Below, piece by piece: positions 1-13,200 of a stretch of DNA of 64,000 nucleotides. The notes under the pieces are model-generated. The model was not told where the DNA came from and ran no database searches. It saw only the letters and a program-made list of their open reading frames with translations. The DNA comes from Dictyostelium discoideum. Taxonomy: Eukaryota. The position numbers and the translations under genes were made by a program. The stretch's first letter is position 1. Every line of letters begins with the position of its first letter. The stretch spans positions 1,216,001 to 1,280,000 of the forward strand of contig CM000150.2 of assembly GCA_000004695.1 (NCBI GenBank), in the 5' to 3' direction.

Positions 1-1095
1 TTCAATTAAATTTTTAAATTCTTTTTCTTCTTCTAAATTCTTTTTTCTTTGTTTTTCTAAATTTTCATTCAATAATTTTAATCCCTCCTCCTATAAAAAA
101 GATATCAATGTTAATAATACTTAATTTTAAAAATAAAATAAAATTATTATTTACTTTTTCTTTTAGTGCATTAGATAAATTTTGAATTTTTAATAAAAGT
201 TCTTTTTCTTTTTCTTTTTCTCTTTCTCTTTCTTTTTCATTTAATATTGAATTAACATTTGTTGTTGTTGTTGTTGTTGTTGGTATTGTTGGTGTTGGTG
301 GTGGATTACATTTAATACAAACTTTTTCAATACCACATTTAGTACAATCGATATTGTTATTTTGATTTGTGGTGGTATTTTCTAAATCAGTGACATAAGT
401 TGGACCTTTGTAAACGATTTGATCCCATTTTTTAGCTGGTTGAATATTTGTATTTGGTTTATAGCCAAATGTTGGACCTTTATAATTTTCAAGTGTATGA
501 GTAGCACGTGCTATTGCTAATAGATTTTGAATTACAGCATTAATATTTTTACGTAAATATAAATCTGATGAAACGAATAAATCTGATGATTGAATACCAA
601 CGATCCAACATGCTTTTAAATAAAGACCAATATTTTCCATATGATGTAATGCTGTATCTCTAGCTGTATTAATGTTTTTAATTGTACCCGGTATTAATGA
701 ATTCAATAATTTACATAATACAATACCACTACGTAATGATTCAATTAAGTCATCTGGAAATTTTAATTTCTCACCTATAACTTTTTCAATCCATTTTATT
801 AATTCAATTTCAGTTTGTGGGTCACGTTTTGCTTGTGCTTTTAATTCTAATTCAGCATCTTTATTTTATTTATTTTATTTTATTTTATTTTATTTTATTT
901 TATTTTATTTATTTATTTATTTTATTTTGAAAATAATTATTATTTTTTAATTATTTATTAATTAATATTAATAAAAAAAAAAAATAATAATTAATAATAG
1001 TAATTATGGTTTTTTCACTTACCCAAGCCATATAATCTAACTCCATCACCTCTAAAAACTGCATTTCCATAGGTACCCTGGGCAACTGATGCCAT
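1..1095 (-). CDS. Calponin-homology (CH) domain protein, calponin/transgelin-like. Partial: the 3' end runs off the window start. Exons (minus): 1023..1095, 155..858, <1..90.
   Basis: The ORF 65..706 translation contains a CH-domain core (…DPQTEIELIKWIEKVIGEKLKFPDDLIESLRSGIVLCKLLNSLIPGTIKNINTARDTALHHMENIGLYLKACWIVGI…). Exon 1 (MASVAQGTYGNAVFRGDGVRLYGLG, like the calponin/transgelin N-terminus) joins through a gtaagt…aaag intron. A 3' intron (gtaaat…tatag) leads into an in-frame K/E-rich coiled-coil exon that is open to position 1. Confidence 0.7.
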
Positions 1096-1195
1096 TTCTT
1101 TTTTTTTTTTAAAAATAATTATACAAATATATACAATAAACAAAAAATAAATAAATAATAATAAATAAATAATAAATAAATAAATAAATAAATAA

Positions 1196-1231
<36 letters not shown>

Positions 1232-1420
1232 AAAGACAAAGAAAAAAAAATTAATGGAATGATTAAACAATAAAATTACAAGATTACAAAAAAAAAAAGA
1301 AAAAAAAAAAAAACCAAATGTAAGGGTCAAAAAGCCTTTGTTTTTATTATAATCAAAAAATTAAATGAAAAAAATTAAAAAAATTAAAAAAAAAAAAGAT
1401 ATTTTCGGTTTAATAAAAAA

Positions 1421-1471
1421 CAATCAACTTTGAAAAACAATCAACTTTGAAAAACAATCAACTTTGAAAAA
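1421..1471. repeat. Perfect 17-bp tandem repeat x3 (caatcaactttgaaaaa).
   Basis: Read directly from the sequence, in the intergenic region between the CH-domain gene and aph1. Confidence 0.9.
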
Positions 1472-1588
1472 CATACTTTTTTTTTTTTTTGTTTAACTTT
1501 TAACAATAACACTAATAATTTTATTCCAATTAGTTTTTTATTTTTATAAATTTACCAATTATTAATTTTGATTAAAAATATGTTTGTC

Positions 1589-1624
<36 letters not shown>

Positions 1625-1962
1625 CAACAATTGTTTTTCCAAGTGTTTAAAACAAACTAAAAATCAACAACTATAAATAAATAAATAATACAATTTTTAT
1701 TTTTTATTTATTATATATATATTTTTTTTTTTTTTTTTTTTTTATTTTTGTTAATAAATTTTATTTATTTTGATATTGGCAATGGTCTTTGCATTTTAAT
1801 CCCAATGGATTTTGATAATGTTAAAATGAAGTACCATTGGATAAAATGGTTGAAATTGAGCTGATAATAGTTAAAATGAAGTGCCATTGAATAAAATGGT
1901 TAGAAAGTTGTGGGTGAATTATTATTACTTTTTTATTTTTGGAGGTAGTAAATTATGATTTT

Positions 1963-2151
1963 TTAATGAATTTTAGTAATTGAATCACTTTTTAATAATG
2001 AAAAGATACAAAAACCAACAGAAAACACTGTTATTATACCAATTGGTAAAATTGATCCCACACAAGAAGTTGTTTTAGTTGGTAAATTTAAAAGTGTCTA
2101 AAAAAAAAAAAAAAAATAGAAATAGTTTAAAGTTAGAATTAAATAATAATA

Positions 2152-2196
<45 letters not shown>

Positions 2197-3191
2197 TACT
2201 AAATAAGTTGTTACAAAATGAGTTATAATAACAAAAGCAACCAAATGATATTTTTTTGATCTATAACCTTGAAATGCTAAAACGTTATAAACTACATGTA
2301 ATAAAGTCATAAACAAAGTGATGATTGAAGATAACATAAATAAATTAACAGAAGGACAAGCTGGAGAGAATAAAGTACCAGGACCAGTACTCTCCCATAA
2401 AATTGAACCAAACATAATGAAACCATAAGCAACACCACTACCAACACCAATTGCAGCAGATGATAAAGTATGATTTGGTCTTGCTGATAAGGTTTCTAAT
2501 CTTGCATTAATTTCAATCTCTCTTTGTTTTTGTTTCTCAATTTTTCTTTTCTCTTTTTCTTCTTCTGTAATTTCTTTATTATCATCATCATTTATATTAT
2601 TATTATTATTATTATTATTGTTGGTGTTGTTGTTGGTGGTGTCAATAATTTCATTATTTATACTTTCAATTTCATTAGTTGGTGGTTGTTGTTTTTGTTG
2701 TTGAGCTTGTTTTCTTTTTCTCATTGAATCTAAAGCCATTTGATGTTGAGTTTCTTTAATTTGATTTAAAGATGGTCTATCATTGAAACCATATGAATAT
2801 AATCTAAAAAATATATATCTAAATATTTCTTGAAATAATACACTAAATGATATTATAAACCACCAATGTTCTCTCATTGGTGGTATAATGTACCACCATA
2901 TCGCTGCTATTAATATTGATACTAACCAAAAGAATGACCTAAATATATATTTTTTATATTTTTGTTTTTTTTTTTAAAAAAAAAAAATAAAAAAAAAAAA
3001 TAATGAATTAATATATATTTAGTAAGTATATATATATATGTATTGAATGACAAATAGATATTTAAAAATGTTTCTTACCCTCCAATTGTTAAAATAACTA
3101 ATTGACTATTCTTTGCAATCACCATAAAAAAGAATGCAAGAATTGGTGAAAAAGTAATAAAAAGACAACCATAAAATAAAACCTGTGTCAT
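1963..3191 (-). CDS. aph1: Gamma-secretase subunit APH-1 (anterior pharynx defective 1 homologue). CDS minus join(3069..3191, 2200..2938, 1963..2097).
   Basis: The translation aligns with the human APH-1 N-terminus: [26 protein letters not shown]… and …[15 protein letters not shown]… plus [13 protein letters not shown]. It is a 7-TM protein. The donors are gtaaga and gtatgt, and the acceptors are ag at 2939/2940 and 2098. The last exon encodes the final TM helix and ends …ITKIH then TAA. Confidence 0.85.
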
Positions 3192-3419
3192 TTTTATAAT
3201 GTATATCTTTTTTTTTTTTTTAATTTTATTTTATTTTTCTTTTTTTTTTTTTTTTTAATTTTTCTATATCTTACACAAAAAAAAAAAAAAAATAATAATA
3301 ATAATAATAAAATAACGCTTGAGTAAGCAATAAATAAATATACACTATATTATACAAACTATTTTTGATTGATACTAATAAAAAAGAAAATAAAAAAAAG
3401 TGGTGTTAATTAAAAATTT

Positions 3420-3464
<45 letters not shown>

Positions 3465-3470
3465 AAATTT

Positions 3471-3508
<38 letters not shown>

Positions 3509-4333
3509 CCTCACTCTGGAAACAAGATATATTTGGTAAAACGAAAATAAAAATAATAGAGTACTAAATTAACCAGTTTTGGTTAAAAAAAATAAATAAT
3601 AATAATAATAATAATAAAAAATCTTTAAAATACTTATAGTATCCACCCAAGTGGGAAAAAAAGAAAAAAATTAAAAAAAGAGAAATATTCGACCTGTCGT
3701 TTTAATTTTTGGTGATTTATTAAAGTGTTTTAATTTTCTAAACATTTTTTTATTTTTATTTTTTTTTTTTTTTTTTTTTTATTTTATTTTATCTTTAGTG
3801 ATATATTAAAATTGGTATTGATTAGGGTATAAAAAAATGATAATAAAGAAAGAAAAGAAAGAAAATAAAAAAAATAAAAGATATTAAAAAAAAAAAAAAA
3901 AATAAATTTATTTTACACATCATTAAAGATTTTTATTTTTTTTTGTTTTGCTTTGAAAAAAAAAAATTTAGGCAATCGTTTGAAAATATAATCAAATCGG
4001 AGTAATCGTATTCCAGATCTGAAAACCAGTTTTTTTTTTAATCTAACTTTTTTTTTTTTTTTCATTTTTTTTTCATTTTTTTTTTTTATTGTTTTTTTTA
4101 GCAAACTGTTTTTTTTTTTTTTTTTTATTTTTTTTTTTTTTATTTTTTTTTTTTTTTTTATTTTTATAAGAAAAACGAAAGGTACTATTTATAAATAACT
4201 ATAATTAATATACTTCTTTTATTATTATTATCATTATTATTTTTTTTTTTTATTATTATTACTATTATTTTTATTTTAATTTTTTATCATTTTTTTTTTT
4301 TTTTTTTTCAAATATTTGTGTTTTTAATGGTCC

Positions 4334-4364
<31 letters not shown>

Positions 4365-4491
4365 GAATTTTGATTTTTTTTATTTTTTTATTTTTTTTTT
4401 TTTCTTTTTTTTTGCTGCAACCCCAACACATTATTAATAAATTTTTTTTTTCTTTTTTTCTATTAATACAGGATAGGATCAACATCACTAT

Positions 4492-4531
<40 letters not shown>

Positions 4532-4850
4532 TTTTTTAGTAAAAAAAATAATTATAACAAAATATTTATTTAATATATTATAACTTTTTTTAATAATAAA
4601 AAAAAAAAAAAAAAAAAAAAATAGTACCTCTAAAATAGTAATATTAATTTGTAAATAAATAACTAACTAAATAAAGAAAAAAAAAAAGCAACCAACCACC
4701 AACCTAATATATAAATATAGTATAATAATAAATAGTATAATAATAAATTATAAATAATAATTCCGAAATTTTTTAAAAAAAAAAAAAAAAACAGAAATAA
4801 AAAAATAACAAATAAATAAATAAATATATATATAAATAATCCTTATATAA

Positions 4851-6354
4851 ATGGAGGAAAGTGGTCAACTTAGTGATTTTAAATTACCAGAAGGTATTAA
4901 AGATCCATCACTAGAGTTTGATTTAATAGAATGTTTAGGTAGAGGATCATTTGGATCAGTTTATAAGGCGACTTATAAAAAGACAGGTAACATTGTCGCT
5001 GTAAAATTAGTACCAATCAATGAAGATTTTCAAGAGATTTTAAAAGAAATTAATATTATGAAACAATGTAAATCAAAATATGTAGTTCAATATTATGGTA
5101 ATTATTTTAAAGATGAAACTTGTTGGGTAAGTTCTTTTTTTTTTTTTAATAAAATTTAATACATACATATATAGGTGTTTTTTTTTATTTTTTTATTTTT
5201 TGCATATGTACACACACCACCACACAAATATATATAAATATAAATAAACATTATTATTATTATTATTGTTTTTTTTTCTATAATTATAAATTTATTTAAT
5301 TTTTACATAATTACTAATTATTATAAAAAACCTATTATTTCTATTTCTATTTCTATTTCTATTTCTATTTCTATTATTTTTTTATTTATTTTTTATTTTT
5401 TTATTTTTTTAATTTTTATTTTTAATAGATTATTATGGAATATTGTGCATTTGGATCAGTTAGTGATATGATGAATATAACAAATAGAGTATTAAATGAA
5501 GAACAAATTGCATTAGTATGTTATAGTACATTGAAAGGATTATATTATTTACATAGAAATAGTAAGATTCATAGGGATATTAAACCAGGTAATATATTAG
5601 TATCAGAGGAAGGTGAATGTAAATTAGCAGATTTTGGAGTGAGTGGACAATTGAGTGAACGTACCAGAAAGAGAAATACGGTTATTGGTACACCATTCTT
5701 TTTAGCACCAGAGGTTATTCAAGAGGTTGGTTACGATAATAAAGCAGATATTTGGGCATTAGGTATCTCTGCTATTGAAATGGCAGAATTTCATCCACCA
5801 TATCATGATTTACACCCAATGAGAGTGTTATTCATGATTCCAACTTCAACATCACCAACTTTGAAAGAACCTCATAAATGGTCACCGGAATTCTCTGATT
5901 TCATCGCATTATGTTTAGCAAAAGAGCAAAGTCAAAGACCATCCGCTAAAGATCTCTTAAAACATTCCTTTTTTGAAAAGAAATTAAAAGGTAGTTATGT
6001 TATGAAATCGTTATCTGAAACTGCTCAAATGGTCATTGAAAGATGTGGTGGTAGAGAAGAAGCTGTTAAAGCTGCTGCTGAAAGAAAATCAAAACAATCT
6101 GGTGTTTCAGTTGTATGTTTTTTTTTAAAAAAAAAAATATAAATATAAAAATATAAATATATATTAATTTAATTTACTAACATATTTTATTAATTTTTTT
6201 AAAAAAAAAAATAAGGATTTTATTCATTGTGAAAGTGTTGATGAACCAGATAGTTCAGATGAAGAAGATTTATTAGAAAGAAATAATAAGAGATTAAGTA
6301 CTCAAATTCAACAAAAGAAAGAACAACAAGCTCAACAACAACAACAACAAGCTC

Positions 6355-6393
<39 letters not shown>

Positions 6394-8573
6394 ATCAACC
6401 ACCATCACCAAATAATAATAATAGAACAACAACAAAAAATAATGATATAAATGAATTAGATTCTTTATTAAATAATATGATGATGTCATCATCAGCATCA
6501 GCATCAACATCACCATCACCATCTTCTATATCATCAAATGGTAATAAGAGTGGTACTACTACTAATGATTATCATACTGGTAATGGTAGAACATCATCAT
6601 CATCACCACAATTTGGATTACAACATCAAAATTCAAGTAATAGTTTCCCATCATCACCAAATACAGTACCAAGTGTTGAGAGTAAACCAAGACAACCAGC
6701 ATCGGAATTGGATGATTTATTAGAGGAAATGATGAATCCATCATTTGGAAATAGAGCACGTAATAGTAGTGGTGGTGGCGGCGGTTTAACACCAATTGGA
6801 TCACCAATTACAAAAAGACCAACACCAACAATGCAATCATCAACAACAACAACAACATCATCTTCTTCATTACCATTACCAATGTCACCGTCAGTTTACT
6901 TATCACCAACTCGTGTAAGTGGCATTTGGTCAGGTGAGAGTGCAGGTGGTTGTGCTAATACAACATTATGGCGTAAAAATCCACAATATTTATTACAAAT
7001 TACAGCAACAACTACAATTCGTATAACATTACGTCAAACTGGTGATAAATTAGTTCATATTGGATTTTATTTCGCTCGTTCAAATACTGGTGCCAATGAT
7101 CAATTTAGACGTAGAATTACATTGACTAAAGAATATTTAGTACCAGGTCTTGATATCACCTTTTTAAAGAGTACTGAAGTTTCTGCGAAAATTACAATGG
7201 AACCAGGTTATTATGTTATCATTCCAGCAACATTTGAACCAAATCAAGAGGGTAGCTTTGAATTGGACGTCACCGCCACCTCTGATAATATCGGTGGTCA
7301 ATATAATAGTAATAACAACATCAAACTATCAGAGATAAAAGGTGATAGAGATTGGAGAATTATAAGTGACCGTTTCGAATGGAGAGGTTCAAGTGCAGGT
7401 GGCAGTTTTAGCGGCTCCTCTGCAACATGGAAAGATAATCCAAAATTCTTTTTCGAAACCACTCAAACTTCAAATACCACCATTGTGTTGGGCAAACTTT
7501 CAGATATTCCAAAGGAAACCTATATTGGGTTCTACATTTTCAAAGCGGATAAAAATTGTCCATTCATTTCACTTACAGCAAATAATCTCTACTCAAAGAC
7601 AAGCTTTGTCAATGGTATCGAGGTGGTTCACACTCAACAACAAATGCCACCCGGTTGTTATATCATTGTGCCTTGCACTTATGATTCACGTCAAGAGGGT
7701 AGTTTCACTTTGACTTGTTATTCAGATTGTCAACAAGGTTCAATCTATAAATTGGATCTTTCCGAACAGATTCTCACAGTACATGGTGAATGGAGAGGTG
7801 CAACAAGTGGTGGTTGTTTAAATCACACCACTTGGAGAAACAATGCTCAATATCTCATTCATAATACTTCCTCCTCACCAACAAAGGTAACGATAATGTT
7901 GGAACAATTGGAGAAGATGGATAATCAACAATTACCATTCGTTGGTTTCTATGTTGCAAAATCACCAACACCAAATTTAGATAAGAAACTTTTCTCTTTA
8001 ACTCCAAAAGATATCGTTGGAAATACAGAGTTTATCAATGATTATCAAGTTCATTTCACTTCAATTATGGAACCTAATACTTCCTACATCATTATACCCT
8101 CAACTTTTACACCAGGCATTGAGTATCCTTTCAATTTACGTGTTATTACCAATCAACATAATGTAATTCAAATATCACGTTTACCAGAATGGAGTACTCG
8201 TAAACTTTCTGGTGAATGGAGAGGTCAATCTTGTGGTGGTCGTTATTCAAATACTAGTTCAAGTTGGACACTAAATCCACGTTTTAGATTTAATTTACCA
8301 AGAGGTGGTCGTTTCACTATTATATTGGCTCAAGCTGAAAAACCATCCTATAATGGTATTGGTTTCTATTATTTTAAAACTTTACAAGATGGTACACTAA
8401 GAGAATTTGTTTGTAAAAGTGGTTTCATTTGTGGTAAAGAAATAGTTTTAGAAAGTTCAATCAATGAAGGTGTTACTGGTGTTGTAATTCCTTCAACTTT
8501 TGAACCAAATATTCAAGATTCTTTCAATTTAACAATTTATTCAGAATTTGATTTAGATTTTTATAATAATTAA
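4851..8573 (+). CDS. krsB: STE20-family Hippo/MST-like Ser/Thr kinase with a C-terminal low-complexity linker and four calpain domain-III-like repeats (KrsB-like). CDS join(4851..5126, 5429..6112, 6216..8573), about 1105 aa.
   Basis: The kinase domain is near-identical in its motifs to MST1/2: GRGSFGSVYKA, VAVK, HRDIKPGNIL, DFGVSGQL, GTPFFLAPEV. Intron 1 is GTAAGT…AATAG. Intron 2 is GTATGT…TACTAAC…AAG and its flanking exons are in phase 0. The downstream 698-aa ORF holds four repeats of roughly (E)WRG.SAGGC…W..NPQ(F/Y)…P.TFEPN.EG.F, the calpain-III fold. The domain architecture and length match what I recall of Dictyostelium KrsB, so the symbol is tentative. Confidence 0.8.
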
Positions 8574-8599
8574 TAATTAATTAATTAATTAATTATTAT

Positions 8600-8649
<50 letters not shown>

Positions 8650-8651
8650 AT

Positions 8652-8684
<33 letters not shown>

Positions 8685-9199
8685 ATATAAAATAATAATA
8701 ATAAAAATATTGTACTATGATAAAAAAAAAAAAACAAAAATTATTTAATATAAATAATTATTTTAATATAAATAAAAAAAAAAACCCTCACCAATAAACA
8801 AATAAATATATAGTAAAGAAGATTTTTCAAAAAAAAAAATAAAAAAAAAAAAAAAATTAATAAAATTAAATCATTGTTGTGAAAAAAAAAATGAAAAAAA
8901 TAAAAAAAATAAAATGGGATGAAGTAAAAAAAAAAAAAAATGAAAATATTTTTATTTTTATGTCAATCAATTTTCTTTTTTTCTTATTTTTACGTTACCA
9001 ACAAAACAAATAAATTTACACATAACACATATACATATATTATATTTTAATATTAATGCATTAATTATAGAAATAATTTTATATTTTAATAATAGGAATT
9101 AGGATTTTTAAAATAATCATTACTTTAATTGACTAATGTACCAAAGAGTGAGTATATATTAAAAAATACTTTTTTAATCTATTCTATTTGTATATTATT

Positions 9200-9200
<1 letters not shown>

Positions 9201-9272
<72 letters not shown>
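9201..9272. repeat. (CAA)24 microsatellite, intergenic/5' of the Dicer-like gene.
   Basis: Direct reading. Similar (CAA)n tracts are coding in krsB (6330-6400) and the Dicer-like gene (10130-10230). Confidence 0.9.
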
Positions 9273-9332
9273 CTAACAAATAATAATAATATTATTATTA
9301 ATATTATAGATAATAGATTTTCATAATAAATA

Positions 9333-9616
9333 ATGTCAAATAAATCTCATTTATCTGAAAAGGTTCAATTGAATGAATGGCTTCAAAAGAGGAAATTACC
9401 TCTATCCATTTATCATACTGAATATAAAGGATCTGAACATAACAAAGATTTTAAGGTATTAAGCAATAATGATAGTTAGTTATAATAATAATAATATTAA
9501 TAGCAAACACAATTAAATTATTAATACACCATTATATTTAATGTGACGCCATTACTATAATTTTATTATTATTGTAATTTAAATTATCATTATTATTATT
9601 TTTTTTTTACAAATAC

Positions 9617-9647
<31 letters not shown>

Positions 9648-9993
9648 GCATCTATATATTTTACTAATATACTGAAATCGATACACACCCTCTTTTTTTA
9701 TTTTTTTTATATTTTATTATTTTATTATTTTATTAAATAACTACGAATATTAAATAATAAAATAAACAAATAAAATAAAAAAAAAAAAAAAAAAAGTCAA
9801 TAGTTATAGTGAATGGAAAAGAAATTGAATCAGATTGGAAAAAAACTAAAAAAGAATCAGAAAAAGATTGTGCAAAGAGAATTTTAGAATTTTTAGTAAA
9901 GCTAGATGGTCACCCTGTTGAATTTACATTACCATCCAATAGAACAATAAACCAAAACCCCTGTTCTATTCTAAAAAATATAGACAATAACCG

Positions 9994-10074
<81 letters not shown>

Positions 10075-10125
10075 AATTATTATTATTAATGATAGTGATG
10101 ATGATGATAATAATAGTAACAATAT

Positions 10126-10215
<90 letters not shown>

Positions 10216-13200
10216 GCAACAGCAACAACTAATACAGTTCAATAGTGAAGATTTGGAATGTTTAAAAAAACCTATGCAAAATCCATTATCAAACACTCAA
10301 TTATTAAGTTCAAGTAGTGATGAAGAAGAAAACTCTAGTTCAGACCCAATAGATAGTTTTAGTTTCATTAGAAAAGATGATGTTTTGGCACCAACTTATG
10401 ACGGTCCATTAGTTTCAACTATTAAAGATAATAATCAAACATATAAATTACAATCAGTTGTAGATTTACTAAATAGTAAACTAGATATGATGGAGTCATC
10501 TTATCAAAATCAAATTAGTATCATGTTATATTCTCAACAAAAATTACAAAAAGAAGTAGCATCTTTTAAATCTTATATTGAGAGTTGTTCTCTAAAACCA
10601 TTTGGGACCCTTAAAATACCCGCCTCTGTAAATCAACCACAATTAAATACCACACCCAAACCAAACAATCAAATAATAGAAACAAATCAACAACCACCAC
10701 CACCACCACCACCACCACAAGATACCACTAAAAAGAAAAATTCATATGTAAATAAGAAATCCTTAAAAACCAATTCAGGAAAAACTGATGATTGTCATTC
10801 TTTTGAAACCTCTGATTCAGAAAATGATGGTATAGAGGAAAGCTCTACCACTAATCCTTTTTATTTTCAGAGTTACAACTCCTACACATCCACCTATCGT
10901 GATGATGATGACAATTATGACGATGACAATGACAATGACGACGATGACAATTATGACGATGATGACAGCACCACCACCACAACCACAAAAGCACTCAAAC
11001 GACGAGGTACAGATTCAAACTCAAATCTTACCGATTACGAAATTTATGATAAATCAAGTGATGATATCGACAATTATGATGACAGCTCAAAGGAATCTGA
11101 AATTGAAAAGAAAGCTAGAGGATTTTCTGATAGAGAAGTTATAAAAGACTCAATAAGAAAAAGAAGAAGAAAGAGATACCTCTACAAATCATCAGATGCT
11201 ACCACAGTGAATACCGTCAGATCCTCATATGAAGATTTAGCAACAACAAAAACAACAACAACAACAACAGAAATACCCTCTACAAATCAATTCTCCACAT
11301 ATTTCAATAATAGTCAAAACGGTCACAACAAATTTGTACAAACAAATTTTGATTTCAAAAAAATAGAACTTTCTGTCGTATCTGATGTGGTACCAGATTT
11401 CATTTCATTTTATGTTTATGATGTTGTCATTTCTCATCCATTTCATGTAAGTCATTGTTATTATTATTATTATTATTATTATATTTATTTATTAATATTA
11501 AATTTGAATATATTAATTTTTTTTTTTTTTATTTTTTTTTATTTTACAGGCACATACATATTCACATAGAGGTAAAAAATATTCATTTTCAAACTTTTTA
11601 TTATATTCAAGTGAACAACCATTACCAACAACAACGACAACACCACCAGTTATACATACTCTAAATTCAGTTGGTGATCATTTTGGTGTAGGATTAATTA
11701 AAAGAAGTTATTGTAGAATTAGTAAAAGTGATTTTCAAAAGATGATAACATTTCATAATTGTTTCTTTTCACAAATTCTAGGTCAAAAATATTTAGAGCA
11801 TTCTGATCACATTGATAGAATGTTTATGATACCAGAAGTAAAAAGTTTATCAAATCCAACTCTATCACTATTTGATACTTTGTTGGAGTTATTAGAATTT
11901 GATGGGTTACCAGATGATTATGATCTATTTCAAGGTGATGATTTAGATTTTCAAAAAATCATGGATAACCTTTTCACTGGAAAGGTAACAGTATCTAGAT
12001 CCAATCATTTTGCAATCTGTAGAAGTGTAGACTTTCAATCATTATCTGAAATTACAATGTCACAAAAACGTCAAGATATTCATAATTTAAATCATTTTAA
12101 AAATATGTTAAATAAATTAAATTTTTATAAAAATCAAAATGAAATTCAAGAAAATCAAGAAAATCAAGAAAATCAAGAAAATCAAGAAAATCAAGAAAAT
12201 GAATATGAATATGAAAATGATTATGAATATGAATATGAAAATGAAAATGAAAATGAAAATGAAAATGAAAATGAAAATGAAAATGAAAATGAAATTGAAA
12301 TTGAAAATGAAAATGTAAATGAATATGAAAATGAATATGAAAATGAATATGAAAATGAAAATGAAATTCAAATTGAAAATGAAAATGAATATGAATATGA
12401 AAACGAATATGAATATGAAAACGAAAATGAAGGTAAAGAAAAAGAAATACAAGATTTATTAATGATTGATTTAAAAAAAGAGAATATTGATAGTGATGAA
12501 AGTGAACATAGCTTTAATTATATTAGTGATCTTAATAATGATTATAGTGATAGTTATGATGATAATAATAATAATGAATTTGAAAATAATATAAAAATTA
12601 AAAATGTATCACTTCCACCATTAGTTTGTTCTCATGCATGTGCTAGAACTAATGAAGATTATTGGAGATTAAAATGTATTTTATTTTTTGATGAAAATGA
12701 TCAAGTCGAAAAACCTTTAGATTGGAAAGTTTATCAACAAAGTAACCCAAGTTTTAAAGAAATCAATTTAGTTACATTTTTAAAATATTATAAACATTTT
12801 CAAAAGGATCCATTAACTGTTAGAGTATTAGGTATAACGGATTTTATTCATTCATATGCAAAGGTTGCAATTTTACCCTTTTTTTCAGAAATGGAATGGT
12901 CTTTGAGAGTGGCACATTTCAATAGTAAAGTGACATGTTTAAAATCGGCAAAGATTTTAAGAGAGGTATTCACCCATCCCTCAACTAAAACCATTCCAAA
13001 GAGAACACTGACCCAATTGGGTATCTTTGGCAAATATCAGCCTTATTTGGGCGACAATCAAAGGTTGGAGTTTTTAGGCGACTCAGTTTTAAAGTTGGTC
13101 AGTACTATATACCTCTTTTTCAAGTATCCCAAAATGAGTGAAGGTTTCTTGTCACAAACTAGAAGTGATTTCACAAAGAATGATCATTTACTCGACGTTT

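Noticed and set aside
1015-1330. ORFs 1015..1239 and 1109..1330 (minus), hydrophobic F/I/L/Y-rich peptides.
   Set aside because: They are translations of (ataa)n/(tatt)n simple sequence. Only the first 73 nt (1023-1095) are real coding, as exon 1 of the CH-domain gene.
3640-3670. Motif cccaagtgggaaaaaaa, resembling cccataagtgggaaaaaaaa at 57836.
   Set aside because: It is a single short similarity in A-rich DNA and cannot be distinguished from chance.
6220-6807. Antisense and alternative-frame ORFs (6220..6522 -, 6538..6723 +, 6562..6807 -) inside the krsB linker.
   Set aside because: They are artefacts of CAA/GTT/CAT triplet repeats. The sense frame is continuous with the kinase and calpain-III repeats.
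9129-9326. Plus ORF 9129..9326 with polyQ.
   Set aside because: It is a TTG pseudo-start over the intergenic (CAA)24 microsatellite. The real gene starts at ATG 9333 in a different frame.
9910-10296. Minus-strand polyC/polyL ORFs 9910..10296 and 9971..10228.
   Set aside because: They are the reverse complement of the (CAA)n/(AAT)n coding repeat of the Dicer-like gene.
12117-12452. Minus-strand ORF encoding (FI)n.
   Set aside because: It is antisense to the (gaaaat)n acidic repeat in Dicer-like exon 3.
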